Counted from the first letter of the stretch, positions 13,430-27,661 are shown. The stretch is 64,000 nt of DNA from Takakia lepidozioides (GCA_030704615.1 CM060733.1:74214001-74278000), one strand, 5' to 3'. Program-made: numbers and translations. Notes: generated by a model from the sequence alone, not told the origin.

Positions 13430-16400
13430 GGGCATACAACACTATTTTAACTAATTCTGGACTTTTGTTTGGTCCAGAAATAATATGAGAAATATGAATA
13501 AACAAAATTTATTATTGAAATAAAACGATATATATGATTATTTTGTTTATTTTATACACAATATAATCCTCCAAACATTTTTTGGAGACAATATAAGTAT
13601 GTATTGTGGTTTTAGAAGAACATCCACTGCCAAGTTGACGTTCACGAAAAAATGGGAGGATGCAATAAATTACACCATGATGTGAGGTCAGATATGTAAA
13701 ACATTTTGCAGAAAATAGTTGTCATATCACATGACATACAAAACCAAACATAGAACAATCATGGCATGTGATGAAGAGGATGATATGAAAGAATGTGTCC
13801 GCATACATTGATGATAAACATTCATATTTTATTAGAGATTGCAACTTTGGGGTTGCAGTCAGACCTAATGTAACGTCAACTGTACATCCGTTGGACTTAA
13901 TGTTATCCAGCGGCTCGAAGCCATACAACGGCTTACACTAACCCATTAATATTACAGAGCCTCCTCCCAAATGGCTCGCAGTCAAGGCATGTGTTCGAAG
14001 ACGCCTCCGGTTACCACAACCACTTGCAACAGTCTCCGCACCAGATGAAACGGAAATATTTTCGGAGAACTCGAACCTAGTAGTAACATACTGACCTCAT
14101 GCCCCATAAGACAAGATGCATTGGGGAGGGAAGGAGGGATACTTTGAGAGTCTTACCACCTGAAATGAACTGGAAGCGAATACGAGACGAGTCCAACGAG
14201 GTATGAAATCTCCATTCTTCAATTTCTTTCCTAGAATATTTTTCTGATTCAATGTGGATGATCCTCCCTTCGATTTTGTCTCTTTTGACTGTGGTTCTAG
14301 CTTCATGAACCTCCACTGTCTAGTGGACGTTCCTTTCCTGACCCTACCTTATTGTAACAGACCAACAGACTTTTCGGGTTGGAAGGAGTCTCGCAGTCGG
14401 CTATTAGCCGCATCCGGAGTCGGATTTTTCCTAACGTGGAGGTTCGTAAAACTGGGAGTACATTTGCGAAGTGCACGGAGTGTGAGGTGTTCAAGGACCC
14501 GATCAGAAAGTCTGTCAAGAGAAGTGCGGAACAGGTGACACACAAACGAGCACTTGATAAACATTTGAGGCACCAAGAGTCGTGCAGAAGACTGTACCAT
14601 AGCTGGAGGAATGAATCTGTTATGATTCCGGAGGAGTTTCTCTGTATTATTCACGACAAAATGGATCATAGGAAAACAGCTGTTCCAAGGCTACAGACTC
14701 CAAATAAGATGATTTCTGGATTAGGTCAGCTTCCAGTTTCACTAACGGGAATGGTCACGCACGGACACGGTGATGGAGCTTGCGGTCAGTATTCTTTTGA
14801 GTTTTGGAAGGGAAATTCAAACTTTACAATTGGTTCTTTGGCACGTTGCCTGCGCCAGCTGGAGAAGCCAACCTGTCGCGAGTCCAGGAACATTTTGATT
14901 ACCGACTTCAAAACGAGTTATTCGAATCACTTTTAAGAGGTAAATCGAGATGTTTGGATGTTCTTAAACCCTGCAGGCCGGAAGACAAACGTGGTGCTTG
15001 TCCACTTCCGAGAAGACTGTACTTGCAAATGGACAACTTTGCGAAGGACAATAAGAACAGATGGATGCTTGCTTTTCTATCCCTCCTGACCGCCAAAGAT
15101 GTTTTTGAAGAAATCCAGCTAGGGTTCCTAATGGTCGGACACACCCATGAGGACATCGACGGGTTCTTCAGCTACCTTTCGAAGAAGCTGAAGGAACGAA
15201 GCACCTACATTCTTTCAGATTTGATGAGGTCTTTTATAACCTCGCAAGATCTGCAGTTCATTCCACAGATTATTTAGGAGATTCTCGACTTCAAGAATTT
15301 TGTCAAGGGCTGTATTCTGGATGGAAATGAGGCGTTGGTCGGGATTTCGGAGATGCACGTCTTCCGTTTTTTTAAGGATGCGGAGGGATGGCCCGTCATG
15401 AAGTACAAGAAGTCCGCTACTGATTCGGATTGGCTTCCAACAAACAATAGCGTGAAGATGTGGAAGTCCAATCCTGACGGGACTCTGAAGCTCCCTGAAG
15501 GAGACCCAGACGCCGTTCCAAGGAGACCTATCTAGGGAGTCGGGGACGACTCCTCCGAAAAACAGTCATTTATTAAGAATGGAATAAAAAAATATAGGGA
15601 TTTTTGGACGAAAGGAATGATGCTTGACGATCATTACAGAGGTCGAATGGAACAATACGACCAGTACTAGGGAAACATTCTCGCCGAGCTGGATAAGCCA
15701 ATTCCAGAAGCTCCCGACCGTATTCAGCTTCTTGAGGGATTCTGGCTGAAAACAAATTGGTCCAAGAATCATCACAGAGATGGAATCCATCCACATATAT
15801 TGCCAGATGTGCAAGAAGAGGATGAAATCCTAGAACATTACTGTGGCCCGAGGTGTGAGCGACCAAGAATATCCCTGAATCCATTCAAGGATATTGAGAA
15901 AGGGTTTTTTGTGCTCGTTCGCCCTTATGACCCAAGTACGTGCCCGGTCTGGATGGGGGTGGCAATATCTGACGTGATCCGCGAAAGGGAGGATCCTAAT
16001 TTTAAGAAGGTGAAGGTGGAGTGGTGGAGACCGAGAAAAGGTGGTAACCCAACAGACTTGGAAAGGTACAGGGACTGTTGGTCAAAACTTTGGGAGTATA
16101 ACTTGTCAGATCCTTCTCAATGGATCCACGTGAACAATGTTGTGTGGACAATGCCTCCACGAAAAAATACGACAAGGAATAGCATTAAGAGAATTACTGC
16201 CGCCAAAACAGTGAAGGCGCGCGCTAATTTGGAGGAGGCTAATCGTCAGTCAGAAAACGTGTCGTGCGAGCGATGTCCAGACCAAGGACATATTGTTGAG
16301 ATCAACTCCAGTACTTCGATTTAAGAAATATTTTTTTCTTCTCTATATGGCCCTTCTTGTTTGCGTTTGGGGATCCTTTTTGTTATCTTCTTATGTCGCA

Positions 16401-18226
16401 CTGAACCTCGAATGTCCAGTGGACGTTCTCGTCCTTTGTTTCTGGTTTGCTGGATGCTGGCCTGCTGTACGTCCTGGTCAACAAAGATGACCCTGTGGGG
16501 GAGTTTCGCCTACATAACATATACATCACAAGAACAAAATGGGCGGGCACGACCACTGGAGTCTTCAAATTCGGTCAAAGAAGGTTTTAAGAACGGAAGA
16601 AAATAGCCCATTTCCAGTCCTTCTCTGAAACATTGGACTTGCTTTTCGCATAACCAATTCTCCCACTGAAGTCTCCCACTAGGAGGAGCTTTACTCAATC
16701 GTTGTTGACATACAATTTTTCAATTTGCCAGTCCTCAAGTTTTTTCTATGAGGTTTTCCTCCATTTTCCCTCTAAGCTCTACGACTTTTCTGCACCAAAT
16801 TTTCATTTTATTTCATTTTCATACTTCTCATCTTTGGCCCTGGTTTAAGAGGGAATTTCACATGTCCTTTTCCTTTGTTCAAATTTTAAGCAATTTTTAT
16901 TTCTCATAGTTTTTATTTGGTGGTCTGACTTTTTATCCTCTCTCATGTTTTTTTCAGATCCATTTTCTCCCATGAGATCCAAGCGCTTCCCAACAGTCGT
17001 TATATAACGTCATTTTCTTTCCAAATCTATTCATACCATAACCATAGCCATAACCATAACCATTATGGTTATTGAAATGTCTTCTCCCTTCACATTTGCG
17101 CTAGCTTTTTTCTTTGTTTTGGATTGACATGCATTTAGGCATGTTACAGTTTGCTTTCTATGTTACATCTTAATAATACTAGGTCCAGGTTCCAACGACG
17201 AGTCTTTCATTTAAATACTTGTCCATAATATTAGGTTCTTCATTTTTGTTTTGCTTACTAGTACCATACTAACAACACTAAGTTCTAGCAAAGTCTGGAG
17301 TTTTTCATAAGACTTATTGTTTGTCTATTTTGTAACTTAAACAAAAATCCTAAACCCTAAACCATATTTGTTTGTCCAATAGTGTTCTTAAACCTGGCAA
17401 ACCGAAAACCCTACCTTTACCATCACCCCTAAACCATTAATCTTACCATAAACCAATAACTTTAGTGTACTACCCTAGCTACACTCCAAACCTTATTGTA
17501 CTACCATGTTACATCTTCTCAATGTTTCATGCTCTTTTAATATTTTCTTTTGTTGGATAAGGTATGATAGAATGATTACAAGGATATCAAATTCCTCAAC
17601 CATGTCTTAATTCTACCGAGTGTGAGTCCATCATATTTGTTTGTCTTTTTGTACCCTAAATCCAAACCCTAAACCCTTACCCTTACTGTAAACCCAAACC
17701 TTATTACACTTCTCTCTAGTTACACCCCAAACCTTATTGTACTACCCTAGTACCTCTTCCGAATGTTTCATGCTATTCTAATATTTTACTGCCCTTGTCA
17801 CATCCAAAACATGATTCATTTTAATGGCGTAGTATGTGAACATTGTGCTTCATATGAAGATTCAGTCAATAAAATTACTAGCAAGTTGTATCGAGTATGG
17901 TAGAGTACGAGTTTGGCCCATGTTCGATGCGACCCATTTGTTTATCATGATGACCTGCAATGGAATATTACTTTATTCGACTTCCAAGTGGACGTTCAAT
18001 GAATTGTTCAATACTGCTACTTCACATTGAGCACTTCAATGTCAAATGGACCTCTTCTATGACACATTTTGAAAAGAAGTATGACATCACCTGAAACTTC
18101 ACAAAGTTCAATCACACATTACACCATGATATTATTAATATTTCAATTAAATTTAATACAAATATATATTAAGTTTAGTCCGGATTTAAGCCAAAAGTCC
18201 AGAATGAATTAAAATAGTGTTATACC
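13430..18226 (+). mobile_element. ~4.8-kb TIR DNA transposon (Sola/DUF7869-like) nested in an intron of element A
   Basis: Inverted ends: tacaacactattttaactaattctggacttttg (13435-13467) and caaaagtccagaatgaattaaaatagtgttata (18192-18224). TSD is ambiguous (tat/atat context). Confidence 0.7.
14379..16324 (+). pseudogene. Sola/DUF7869-like DDD transposase, frameshifted
   Basis: FAKCTEC, IIHDKMD, LYLQMDNFAKDNKN, GFLMVGHTHEDIDGFFS; spread over several broken frames. Confidence 0.7.
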
Positions 18227-18292
18227 TATAATGCGCAAATTAAGGTGTTGTTGACAACACCTTAATTTCCCCCTCACAGAAAGAGAAATGAG

Positions 18293-19344
18293 TCAGTGCA
18301 CACACTTGTACAGCAGACGTTTCATTGCCTCCTCGCCGTTGTACTGATGATCAAAATCTTTAGATCGAAGAATCTCTCCCTCCTTCTCGAACTCCCGGAA
18401 AAATGCATACTTCCAGAGCTCCATTCTCCATTTATGAACGTAGGACTCAAACTTGATGCTGGGAGATGTCATGGTGATTTTGTAGTCTAGTAGTGACTTC
18501 TCCAATGTTTCAATGGCCCGCTTCTCCAGTTGCTCAGTGTCTCCGCAGACAAGACGCTGGAGAATGTTTCCAAAGGCATGACTCCTATACTTTGCATCCG
18601 AAACAGTGTATGCACTCTATGTTCGTGGTGACGTGTGACGTCTCGGTGCCCCTGCATTGAAAGCAAATGAGTACAAGAAATGAAGCGAGGGACAAAAATG
18701 TAGTTCACAAAGAGGAAACAAAACAAAACTTACTTGTTGACATCGTGCATGGCAGTCAGAAGTTGGGTTATTTTGCCTTGTGGATCCAAAACCATTGACA
18801 GAACTCGGTGGTGCCAGTCTTTGTTGTCGGCATACATTCTTGTGATATATTCCATCCAGGCAACCAAACGGTGATTACCATCCCATACGAAGAACATCTT
18901 CCCCATGTATTGCGTGTGAGATGGGTTCTGGGAAAGGTCTGCCTCAAACTCCGAATTCACCTCATTCCAAAGCGGGTCCCAACTGGCCATAATCTCTTCG
19001 TCAACCAGTTTTTCTGATCCCTGGATGTCTGTTACTGACACGTAAAAAACTGCGGAGCCCTTCAAGTACCCGTGGATGAAATCACCCTGTAGCTTCTTGA
19101 TATCATGATGCAGGGCTGGACGAACGGCAGGCATGGAAATCATCCTGCATAGGGGAATCATAAGAGTGCCGTCCCGAACTTCCATGGAATTTATGACCTT
19201 CCTGGAGTTTACCTTGGAGGTATACATCAGTGAATGCACTTTATCTTCGTAATTGTCAGATGGGTCTTCATCTTGAGTATCAGGAACAGATGTCTCCTGT
19301 GCAGGCTGGCTTTCCCCCGCCTTTTTTTTTTTTCCTGCATTCAT
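18293..19344 (-). pseudogene. Element A: ParB/Srx-like N-terminal exons of the ParB-MTase gene
   Basis: IPLCRMISMPAVRP...IKKL...GY...FYVSV...MFFVWDGNHRLVAW (ParB GxxRxxA box). The next exon, FFRE...AMKRLLY, is homologous to 61530-61760. Confidence 0.7.
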
Positions 19345-19375
19345 TTGTGTTTTCCCACAACAGATTCAGACCACT

Positions 19376-21346
19376 ATTAAGGTGTCGTCAACGATGCCTT
19401 ATTATGACTCTTCCTCCCTGATTGTAGACACGCCCACCTTTTGAAAAGTATACTTCATATGCTTCAAAGTATACACCACATTCGAAATAATATCATAGAT
19501 CAAGCTGTAGTCACACTCTGGACCCATGACACTGTTCCTCTCCGATTGAAAGTAAGCAAATTGTATTTGACAGGACAGAATAAGGTGTCGACAACGATGC
19601 CTTAATCTGCCTCCTTATTTCTGTGTAAAACACTCATTGAATGTGACTACGCTCCACACCCTATCTTCTTCCTCTATGAATCGAAGTCCAGATTTTACAC
19701 TCCAGATTAAGGTATCGTCAACGATGCCTAAGTAATTTGCATCTTCATTTATGTTCAAGACATCCCTCAAAGTGTAGACTACTCACCATAAATCCTATCT
19801 CTGAACTGCTTCAAAGTATGCCTGAAAAGTTTTTTTGACAGGCCAGATTAAGGTGTCGTCAACGATACCTTAATCTGCCTCCTTGTTTATATTTAAAACA
19901 GCCCTTCTATGACCTCATTCCCCACCCCTGATCGTGTTCCTCTTTGATTCATAGTATCCCTAGAAACAGATTTTACACTCCAGATTAAGGTATCGGCAAC
20001 GATGCCTTAATCTGCCTCCTTGATTGTATTTAAAACAGCCCTTCAATGAGCATATTCTCCACCATCATCGAGTTCCTCTCTGTTTCATAGTATCCCCAGA
20101 AACAGATTTTACACTCCAGATTAAGGTATCGTGAACGATACCTTAACTCGCATCTTCATTTATGTTCTAGACATCCCTCAAAGTGCAGATTACCCAGCAC
20201 TAATCCTGTTCAGATCTGCTTCAAAGTATGCATGAAAAGTGTGTTTGACAGGCCAGATTAAGGTGTCGTCAACGATGCCTTAATCTGCCTCCTTTTTTAT
20301 GTATAAAACAGCCCTTCAATGAACATATTCTCAACCACTGATCGTGTTCCTCTCTGCTTCATAGTATCCCCAGAAACAGATTTTACACTCCAGATTAAGG
20401 TATCGTCAACGACGCCTTAATTTGCATCTTCATTTATGTTCAAGATATCCCTCAAAGTGCAGAGTACCCACCACTAATCTTGTCTCTGAACTGCTTCAAA
20501 GTATGCCCGAAAAGTGTGTTTGACAGTTCAGATTAAGGTGTCGTCAACGATGCCTTAATCTGCCTCCTTATTTCTGTTCATCACAACCATTGAATTTTGA
20601 TACTCTCAACCCTGGATCCTGTTCATCTCTGCTTGAAAGTCCAATCAAAACTAGGTTTTCACTCGAGATTAAGGCATCGTCAACGATGCCTTAATACCAC
20701 TCATATTTTTGGTTTCGAATGTCTCCCCACTAGGCAGACTATCCACCCCTAATCATGTTCATCACTGCCTCAAACTATGCCTCTACGTACATTTTACAGG
20801 CCAGATTAAGGCATCGTCAACGATGCCTTAATCATCCTCCATATTTCAGAAGAAAACAACCACTGAATGTATATACTGTCAACTCCTGATCCTGTTCCTC
20901 TCTGCATCAAAGTATTCGCTAAACGGATTCCCACTCCCAGATTAAGGTGTCGTCAACGATGCCTTAATTCCCCTCCTCATTTATGTTTCAGCTATCCCCT
21001 CACTGTGCAGACTACCCACCACTCAAACCCTCAAAACAGGAATGACAGACTATATTAAAGTGTCGTCAACGATGCCTTAATCTGCATGTTTCATTCTGCT
21101 TCAGAAACCCTCACCAGCGTGTATGCCTAATAGTAAGCCTGTTCGTCTCTGTTTCAAAGAAACCCTGGGAATAGTAGACCAGATTAAGGTATCGACAACG
21201 ATGCCTTAATCTGCATTCTTCATTATGCTTCAGAGTCCACTCATGAAGCGGAAACTTGTGCTTTAATCGTTTTCCTCTATGTTTGAAAGAAACCCTCAAT
21301 ATGTGAATGGCTGACCAGATTAAGGTATCGTCAACGATGCCTTAAT
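19376..21346. repeat. Array of 15 x 28-bp palindrome ATTAAGGTRTCGTCAACGATGCCTTAAT, modal period 136-138 bp
   Basis: Copies start at about 19376, 19579, 19706, 19847, 19984, 20120, 20257, 20394, 20532, 20668, 20805, 20941, 21054, 21183 and 21319. Dispersed copies occur at 12240, 13104, 13238, 18239, 21795, 21888 and 26825-27585. Confidence 0.95.
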
Positions 21347-22901
21347 CAGCCTCCTCCAGTTCTTATGAAAGTCTCTAAAATACCCACCAGCCTTGTCTTC
21401 TATGCTTCAAAAAACCATGGCAGGCTTCGAACTTATCGACCTCTTTTTTGATTCACAGGAACCCTCACAGATGAGAATGGGCAACCTAGAACGAACCTTA
21501 GCAGGCTTTGGACGGCCACTGGAAGACCCCTTCTCCGCAGGTCGCATTGTTCCTTGCACTTGTGTCTTCCCCTTCACTCGTGCTTGTGTGTCCACTGGCT
21601 GCTCCACTGCAGCCACAGCCCGCTGCGGAGAGTGAACCCTTGGCACCTCCTCCTCATTCACCACGTTGACGACCATTTCAGAGTTCTGGTCTGCTACGTT
21701 CTTCTCGGCTGGTAACTCATGGAGACTCTCCCAGGCTTTCTTCCATTTCCTCTACAAAACATCGACCATTGTTTGATCGACAAATCAGGCCCATTTTAAG
21801 CTTGTGTTGATGACACCTTAATTTGGCACTGCATTGGAACATGTGGGAAACAGAGAGGAGGGTAAGGCGGTGAGGATGCGCTTGTAGATTAAGCTGTCGT
21901 CAACGACATCTTAAAATACAGGGCATACTCCGCTGGCTCCACCAGTTTTCATCTCCAACAATGCAAAAACGAACTAAACTATGCATCGCAATGGTGGTGC
22001 TACCTGAATGAGATTCTGTTCAGCGCTGTCCGTCTCCAAATCCACTGCTTGCATGCTGCCTCCCACTTGTGCCTTGTCCTTCAACGCCCGCAAAGACAGC
22101 TGTGTGTTGGATGGGCGCTCCCGGGTATGCACGGCCACCTGCTTCGTAACGACCTCCTGCATAGGAGTAACATCACTGTTGGGCATGCCTTCCTCCTCTC
22201 TTATAGGGGGCATTCTTTCCATCCCAGCCTCACACAAAAGGGGAAGTTCCAAAAGCTCCTCCAGCTGCTTGTCCACAGACGGCTCCGCGACTCCCCTATT
22301 CTGTGACCCTTCGCCAGCAGATCCCTCCCCTTCACGGTCGCTCTCCCCCTCGGTAAGATCAAGCGCCCTCCGAGTCTTGTCATCCTCTCTCTTGCTTTCA
22401 ACCTCTGCCTCGCCGACGTGTAGTAAAGAGACTTCCTACGCGACCTCTTCTTTGCAGAAACAATGACGTTCTTGGGAGGCTCCAGTGTGAATAGTTCGAA
22501 ATGACACTTACGGGACACTCATCTTCCAACACTCCATTAGGGTCCAGGAAACGGATGGATGGACGGCGGTTGGGGTTTCATCTCCGAAATCATCCATTTG
22601 GGATTTTCCCATAAAACAGAAACGGCTCTTAATTGACTGGTTTGAATTGCGGCTGGGGGGGTTGTCTAGTGTGCAACTTGGTGATGGCCAATTGGCATGG
22701 ACCATCATTGCCGGTCTGGGCCCTGTTAGTGGAACCTCTGTTTGGAAACCACGTACCCGTGGGTGTCAGTTGGTGTTCGACCTAAATATGGGTCGTTGTG
22801 GAATGGGCTGCGGGTTTGTCCGTGGCAAATATGTCATTGTCAGAAAATTGAACGCACCCTCGTAATTCTTAATACTGCTCAGCTGTTTCTATGGCGGCGA
22901 A

Positions 22902-25900
22902 ATGTTGCATGATTACCATGACAATGATGGAAAGGAGAAAGTACAGTGTGCAAAGATAGACAGTATGGACATAGAAGAGGAGTCGCCCCACATTGTCCAG
23001 TGTGCTTCACCCCAGTCCATGCACGCAATGTCTCCCACCTCAGACGTGGTAATACTGTACTCCCCTCTGCAAGCCGAGTACCTGAGCGTCGTGGCCGACG
23101 ACAATGGACTAGCCGTTGTTGAGGAGGATTTGATTTGCATAACATTCCGCTTGGAGCCAGGGACCGTCCATGTGGTTAGAGAGGTGTACGATAGTAGTGG
23201 GAAGGTTGAGGGAACACAGGTTCAAAAGCCGCAAAAACGGGATGGTCGAAGAGAGTGGAGAGTTCCACCCGCCAAGTACCGCGTTCATGGAGATCAGAGA
23301 CGCCTTTCATCAGACACTATACTCACGCCTGGAACAGCAGCTTTGGTGGCGCAGGCGCCAAAATCAGTCCCCATCAAGACAGAAGAAACTACCTCCACGA
23401 CATTTGTCGACCTCTCGGACAGTTCAGAAAACGAAGTCACAGAGGTCCCTGTTCCTACGAACCCTCCTATACTGGTAGATCCCGATGTCCAGGAGATCAT
23501 TAGTGTCATTCCAAAGTTGCAGTCGTTGAGAGGGTTGCCAGGATGCAAGAGCGATGTGAGAGGCATTGTTTGGGAAACACAGCGGATCCAAAGAGTGAAA
23601 TTTCTACCCGCTGATTTTGATGGAGACATTGTTTTTGAACTGCCACCTCCGACGTCATGTGGAGGTTTGGCTGGACTCATGGCGGGCATGGACAAGAAAC
23701 ACGATGGACACCCATGGTGTCAGACTAAAACTTCAAATATCTGTAATCCGCATAGCCTGAAGTTTCAGAGATCCATTTGCCCTGGGCACTTGCGTTGTGC
23801 AAATTCGGATTGCCAGCATTTCCAAATGGCCGGTGTGGAAAACGAGACGGAGTGGGAGGGAGTCTGCGAAAACCCATTTCAAGTAGGGTGTGCTCCTCCA
23901 AAAAGCAGTTCCATTGTTTGTAAGTTTTGTAAAGTCATGCCACAGTGCATGGCGGAATGCAATGCACGGATGTACTACGTGTTGCACCGTATCAACCACC
24001 TCACACGGGCTTGTATTCATTTGAGCACCCATGCACATCCAGTGTCGCAAGGAGATTGCAGGGAGAGTGTTGACACAGTGCGTTCGCTGCTTCAGCAAGA
24101 ATTTCAAAATGCTCCCACTGCAACACCATCAGCCATTGTTATGACAGCAAGCAAAGGGTTCCTGCAGCTGGGGGAGTCGGATGAGACAACGACTAAGTTT
24201 GATAGTGAATCGCTTGACTTTGTGATGGACCATTTCTCAACATTGGCTTCTCCAAATGCTCGTTATCAAATCAACGTCCTTAGGACTGGGGCAGGCAACA
24301 AAGGATACGTAGATAGCATCCTAGAATTGAAGCGCAGAAGTCGATACGACTTCATCCAGGACAGTGTTTTCCCAGGACAGGGGTCCCAAAAAGTATACTT
24401 GTTCAAGATGTCCACAGTTGCGGAGGGTTCTGGAGTTGGCCTGGTGCGTAGAATGCAGGCTGGGGGTGATTTTCATAAGTCTTGGGTAATGTTTGATCAT
24501 GTGAAGCGAGTGAAGGATTGGACGACCATGGCCTGTCATGTGTATGATCCTACATACCAGCGAGTTATGACTATTGCTATTTGTGACATGCAGTCGGAGG
24601 ACACATAGTCCCAAATTCTTATGTGGAGGGCTCTAGCTAACGTCATGAGAGTTCATGGTTTGCCAAATGCAAATTTCACAGGGTTCATGGCAGACAACGC
24701 ACAAGCTAATTGGAATGTTGTGGAGACTGTGTTTGGTTCTGGTGACCCGAAAATACCAATGCAAGGTCGGGAACGCACTTGCCTCTTTCATTGGACCCAG
24801 TCCCTTCGACGCCACACAAAAAATTCCATAAAATTGGAGTTGCAAGAGGAGCACCTGCGACTATGTTGTCTATACAAAGATGCCACCACAGAAAGGGAAG
24901 CAAATGCCATGTTTCAGACTATCAGAGCATGGTGGTACTCCTCTGAGGCAGCGAGTCTGGAGGGGATCAAAGAGCTAGAAGACTGGTTGGGTTTTTGGCA
25001 CTTCAAATACAGACAGTGGGGGTGCCTTCATGACCACTGTAAGTTAGACTCATAGTACCATGATTTTCAAAACTTCTTGTATATATGGGGGTGTGCACCA
25101 GCGGCCTTGTTGTCCAATCCAGTCCAGTCCAATGTTCCTCCCCATAACAGTGACATGTGTGTGGCATTTACCTGCAGAATATGTCATTGGAAGACATTGC
25201 GGATATGCCATCTTGCAATCTCACGGAGACTGTTCATAGTATGTGGATGGCGCAATCTAGTAAGAACGGCCGGAACCTTTACGTTGCAACTGCAGATGAC
25301 CTTATCCGCGCTCTTTCGCAACAAACAAAGTACCGAGACTTCCTCAGGGGACAGGGTGCTGGTAAGGGGCCGGACAGGGCAGAGTTGTTGCTCAGGGCTG
25401 CTAACAGATGCAAGCATCCTGCAAAAATGGCGCGGGCTGTTAACGAGTACACGATTGGAACACCTTTGCAGTCCAGGCTCCCACATCTGGAAGGTGAGGA
25501 GAGATTCGGATCATGCAAGCGCAAACTGGACACCCCTCCAGGATCGGCGGGTGACTCCCATCGGCATGATAGAGATAATTTCTCCATACCTCGTGTGCCT
25601 GTGCCACCCAATTTCGGATGTACTACTCCATCTGTGGATGCAGGTTGTTCTGCAGATTTCGATGCAACATATGCCACAGCTCCGGCACGGGGAGAAGGAC
25701 GGACGCTGCTGCCGGTTGAGGAGACCGATTGTGGTGATGCAATGTGGCACATAGAACGGACTCCGAAAGGATCGAAAGTTGGTTGTTCTGCTATCAGGGC
25801 ACTGTCTTTTTATGAAGTGCACAAGTAAAATTTGCAGAGGCGCTGGCGAGACTCCAGCACCGACATTCACAGGTTTGTTCAAATATTACTCAGCGCGAGA

Positions 25901-26573
25901 GTCTAGACCTCACAAGTTCTGGTTATGTCCCGATGACATTCAACGTTGTGTGATGGGGACTTGTCGGGATTCAGTCATCAGCAAGCCTACCATCCCTGTC
26001 GTCTGGCCAGTCAAGGTCGGAACATCTCTCTCCAAACAAGAGATTGACATGCTGGAGGATGCAGGGTTTCGACTTCGAAGAGGCCCAACAGTCCTAACAC
26101 CAACATCATCTCGTGGTACGCCATCCGCATTCCCTGCACGTCCACCACATGGGAACGACTGGCCAACAAAAAAGAATGGGAAACCGGTTCGTCGTGTTGA
26201 GGCAGGTGCAGATAACCAGTGCAAATTTGAGTCTGCGAGAACCCTGCAGTGTCGGGTTACCCAAATTGTGAATGTCCCCCCTCCAGGCTATGGGCGGGTG
26301 TACACTATGGTGACTTCGGGATCGGTTCTTCATGATAGGACTTATGAGATTACTATTGGGAATTTTCCTAATCGCACATGCCCGGACTTCGACAACACGA
26401 TAAACAGCTCCATTGGAAAGAGAGGTAAATTTGTTCCATGCAAACATCTTTACTACATCTACATTCACAGGATGTTTTGTGATCCTCAACGAGACACGTG
26501 CATTCACCAATGCACAATGGGTCCCAGTGACGTTCAAACACTTCTGCAGAGAGATAGGATAGTTGACATCTGA
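22902..26573 (+). pseudogene. Element A transposase: GCM-like Zn domain + MULE DDE core + SWIM finger
   Basis: KHDGHPWC..CPGHLRC..C..CKFC..C..RACIH..HAHP; WVMFDH; GFMADNAQAN; CLFHWTQSL (MULE CxxH); NLTETVHS (E); PDF..PCKHLYY (SWIM). Stop at 24606, intron at about 25039-25177, one frameshift. Confidence 0.85.
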
Positions 26574-26619
26574 TGTGTTTTCTCGGAGTTCTGTATGTGT
26601 CAATGACTCAACTTTCCCG

Positions 26620-27620
26620 AATTACTTTGATATGCTCCACTATCGCGAGTTCAGCAATGTTTCTTAGTTTGTCGACTATTGGAAATGAGACCAGTCACTC
26701 TCCATGGATCCACTTTGCTCAAATAAACCCAAACCTTTCCCCATTTTTGGGCTTTTATTTATTTTCTTTTATTTTTGTCTTTTATTGTATTTGGTGAAAT
26801 TCCCATGTCCAAACAGGGCATGGGATTAAGATGTCGTTGACATTAATTAGTGCTTCCCGGAGCAGGATTACAGTTCCCCCCTATGGGTCTCTCCAGGCAA
26901 TCTTTTTTTATGTGCTCCACTATCGCAAGTTCACCAATGTTTTTTAATAGATCCACTAATGCAGTCACTCTTCATGGATCCACTTTGTTCAAGTAAACCC
27001 AGGCCTTTCTCCATTTTGGGGCTTACATATATATATATAATATATTGTGATTGATCCTGTTTGGTGAAATTCCCATCGGTAAAGAGGGCAGGGGATTAAG
27101 ATGTCGTTGACAACATCTTAATTGATCATTCCCTGAGCAGGGGTTACAACTCCCCCCTATGATTTTTTCCAGGCCACATTTTTTTTCTTGCAACGATTAT
27201 CATGGGTTCATTTCTCATGTAGAGCATTCGATTTAAGATGTCGTTGACGACACCTTAATGCCTGGTGCATGCGCTTGTTGATCCCTTAAGAGACTTTCAT
27301 GGATCCACTTTGTTCAAGTAAACCCAAGCCTTTCTCCATTTTTGGGCTTACATATACATATATATATATATTGTGTTTTATCCTGTTTGGTGAGATTCCC
27401 ATGTTCAAAGAGGGCAGGGGATTAAGATGTCGTTGAAGACATCTTAATTTGTCATTCCCTGAGCAGGGTTACAACTCCCCCCTATGATTTTTTCCAGGCC
27501 ACATTTTTTTTCTTGCGCCGATTTTCATGGGTTCATTTCTCATGCTGAGCATGCGATTTAAGATGTCGTTGACGACACCTTAATGCCTGGTGCATGCGCT
27601 TGCTAATCCCTCAGGAGACA
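26620..27620. repeat. Degenerate tandem duplication (~270-325 bp units) carrying A-type palindromes
   Basis: ggatccactttg(c/t)tcaa at about 26706, 26976 and 27301; palindromes at about 26825, 27095, 27232, 27421 and 27556. Confidence 0.75.
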
Positions 27621-27661
27621 TACTCATACAGTCCTCCATAGACCCCTCATCTGGACAACTT

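Noticed and set aside
13440-18219. CACTA element defined by CACTA...TAGTG
   Set aside because: The 3-bp flanks (caa/tta) do not match, the inverted repeat extends beyond CACTA, and the transposase motifs are not En/Spm.
11180-19344. Bacterial contamination explaining the ParB and MTase motifs
   Set aside because: The motifs are split by GT-AG introns conserved between copies and lie inside a TSD-flanked element within plant retrotransposon DNA.
19376-21346. CRISPR array
   Set aside because: Spacers are ~109 bp and homologous to one another.
21407-22518. Independent genes in the minus-strand ORFs between the A array and the transposase
   Set aside because: Low-complexity and broken; may be 5' exons of the ParB-MTase gene, but this cannot be shown from the sequence.
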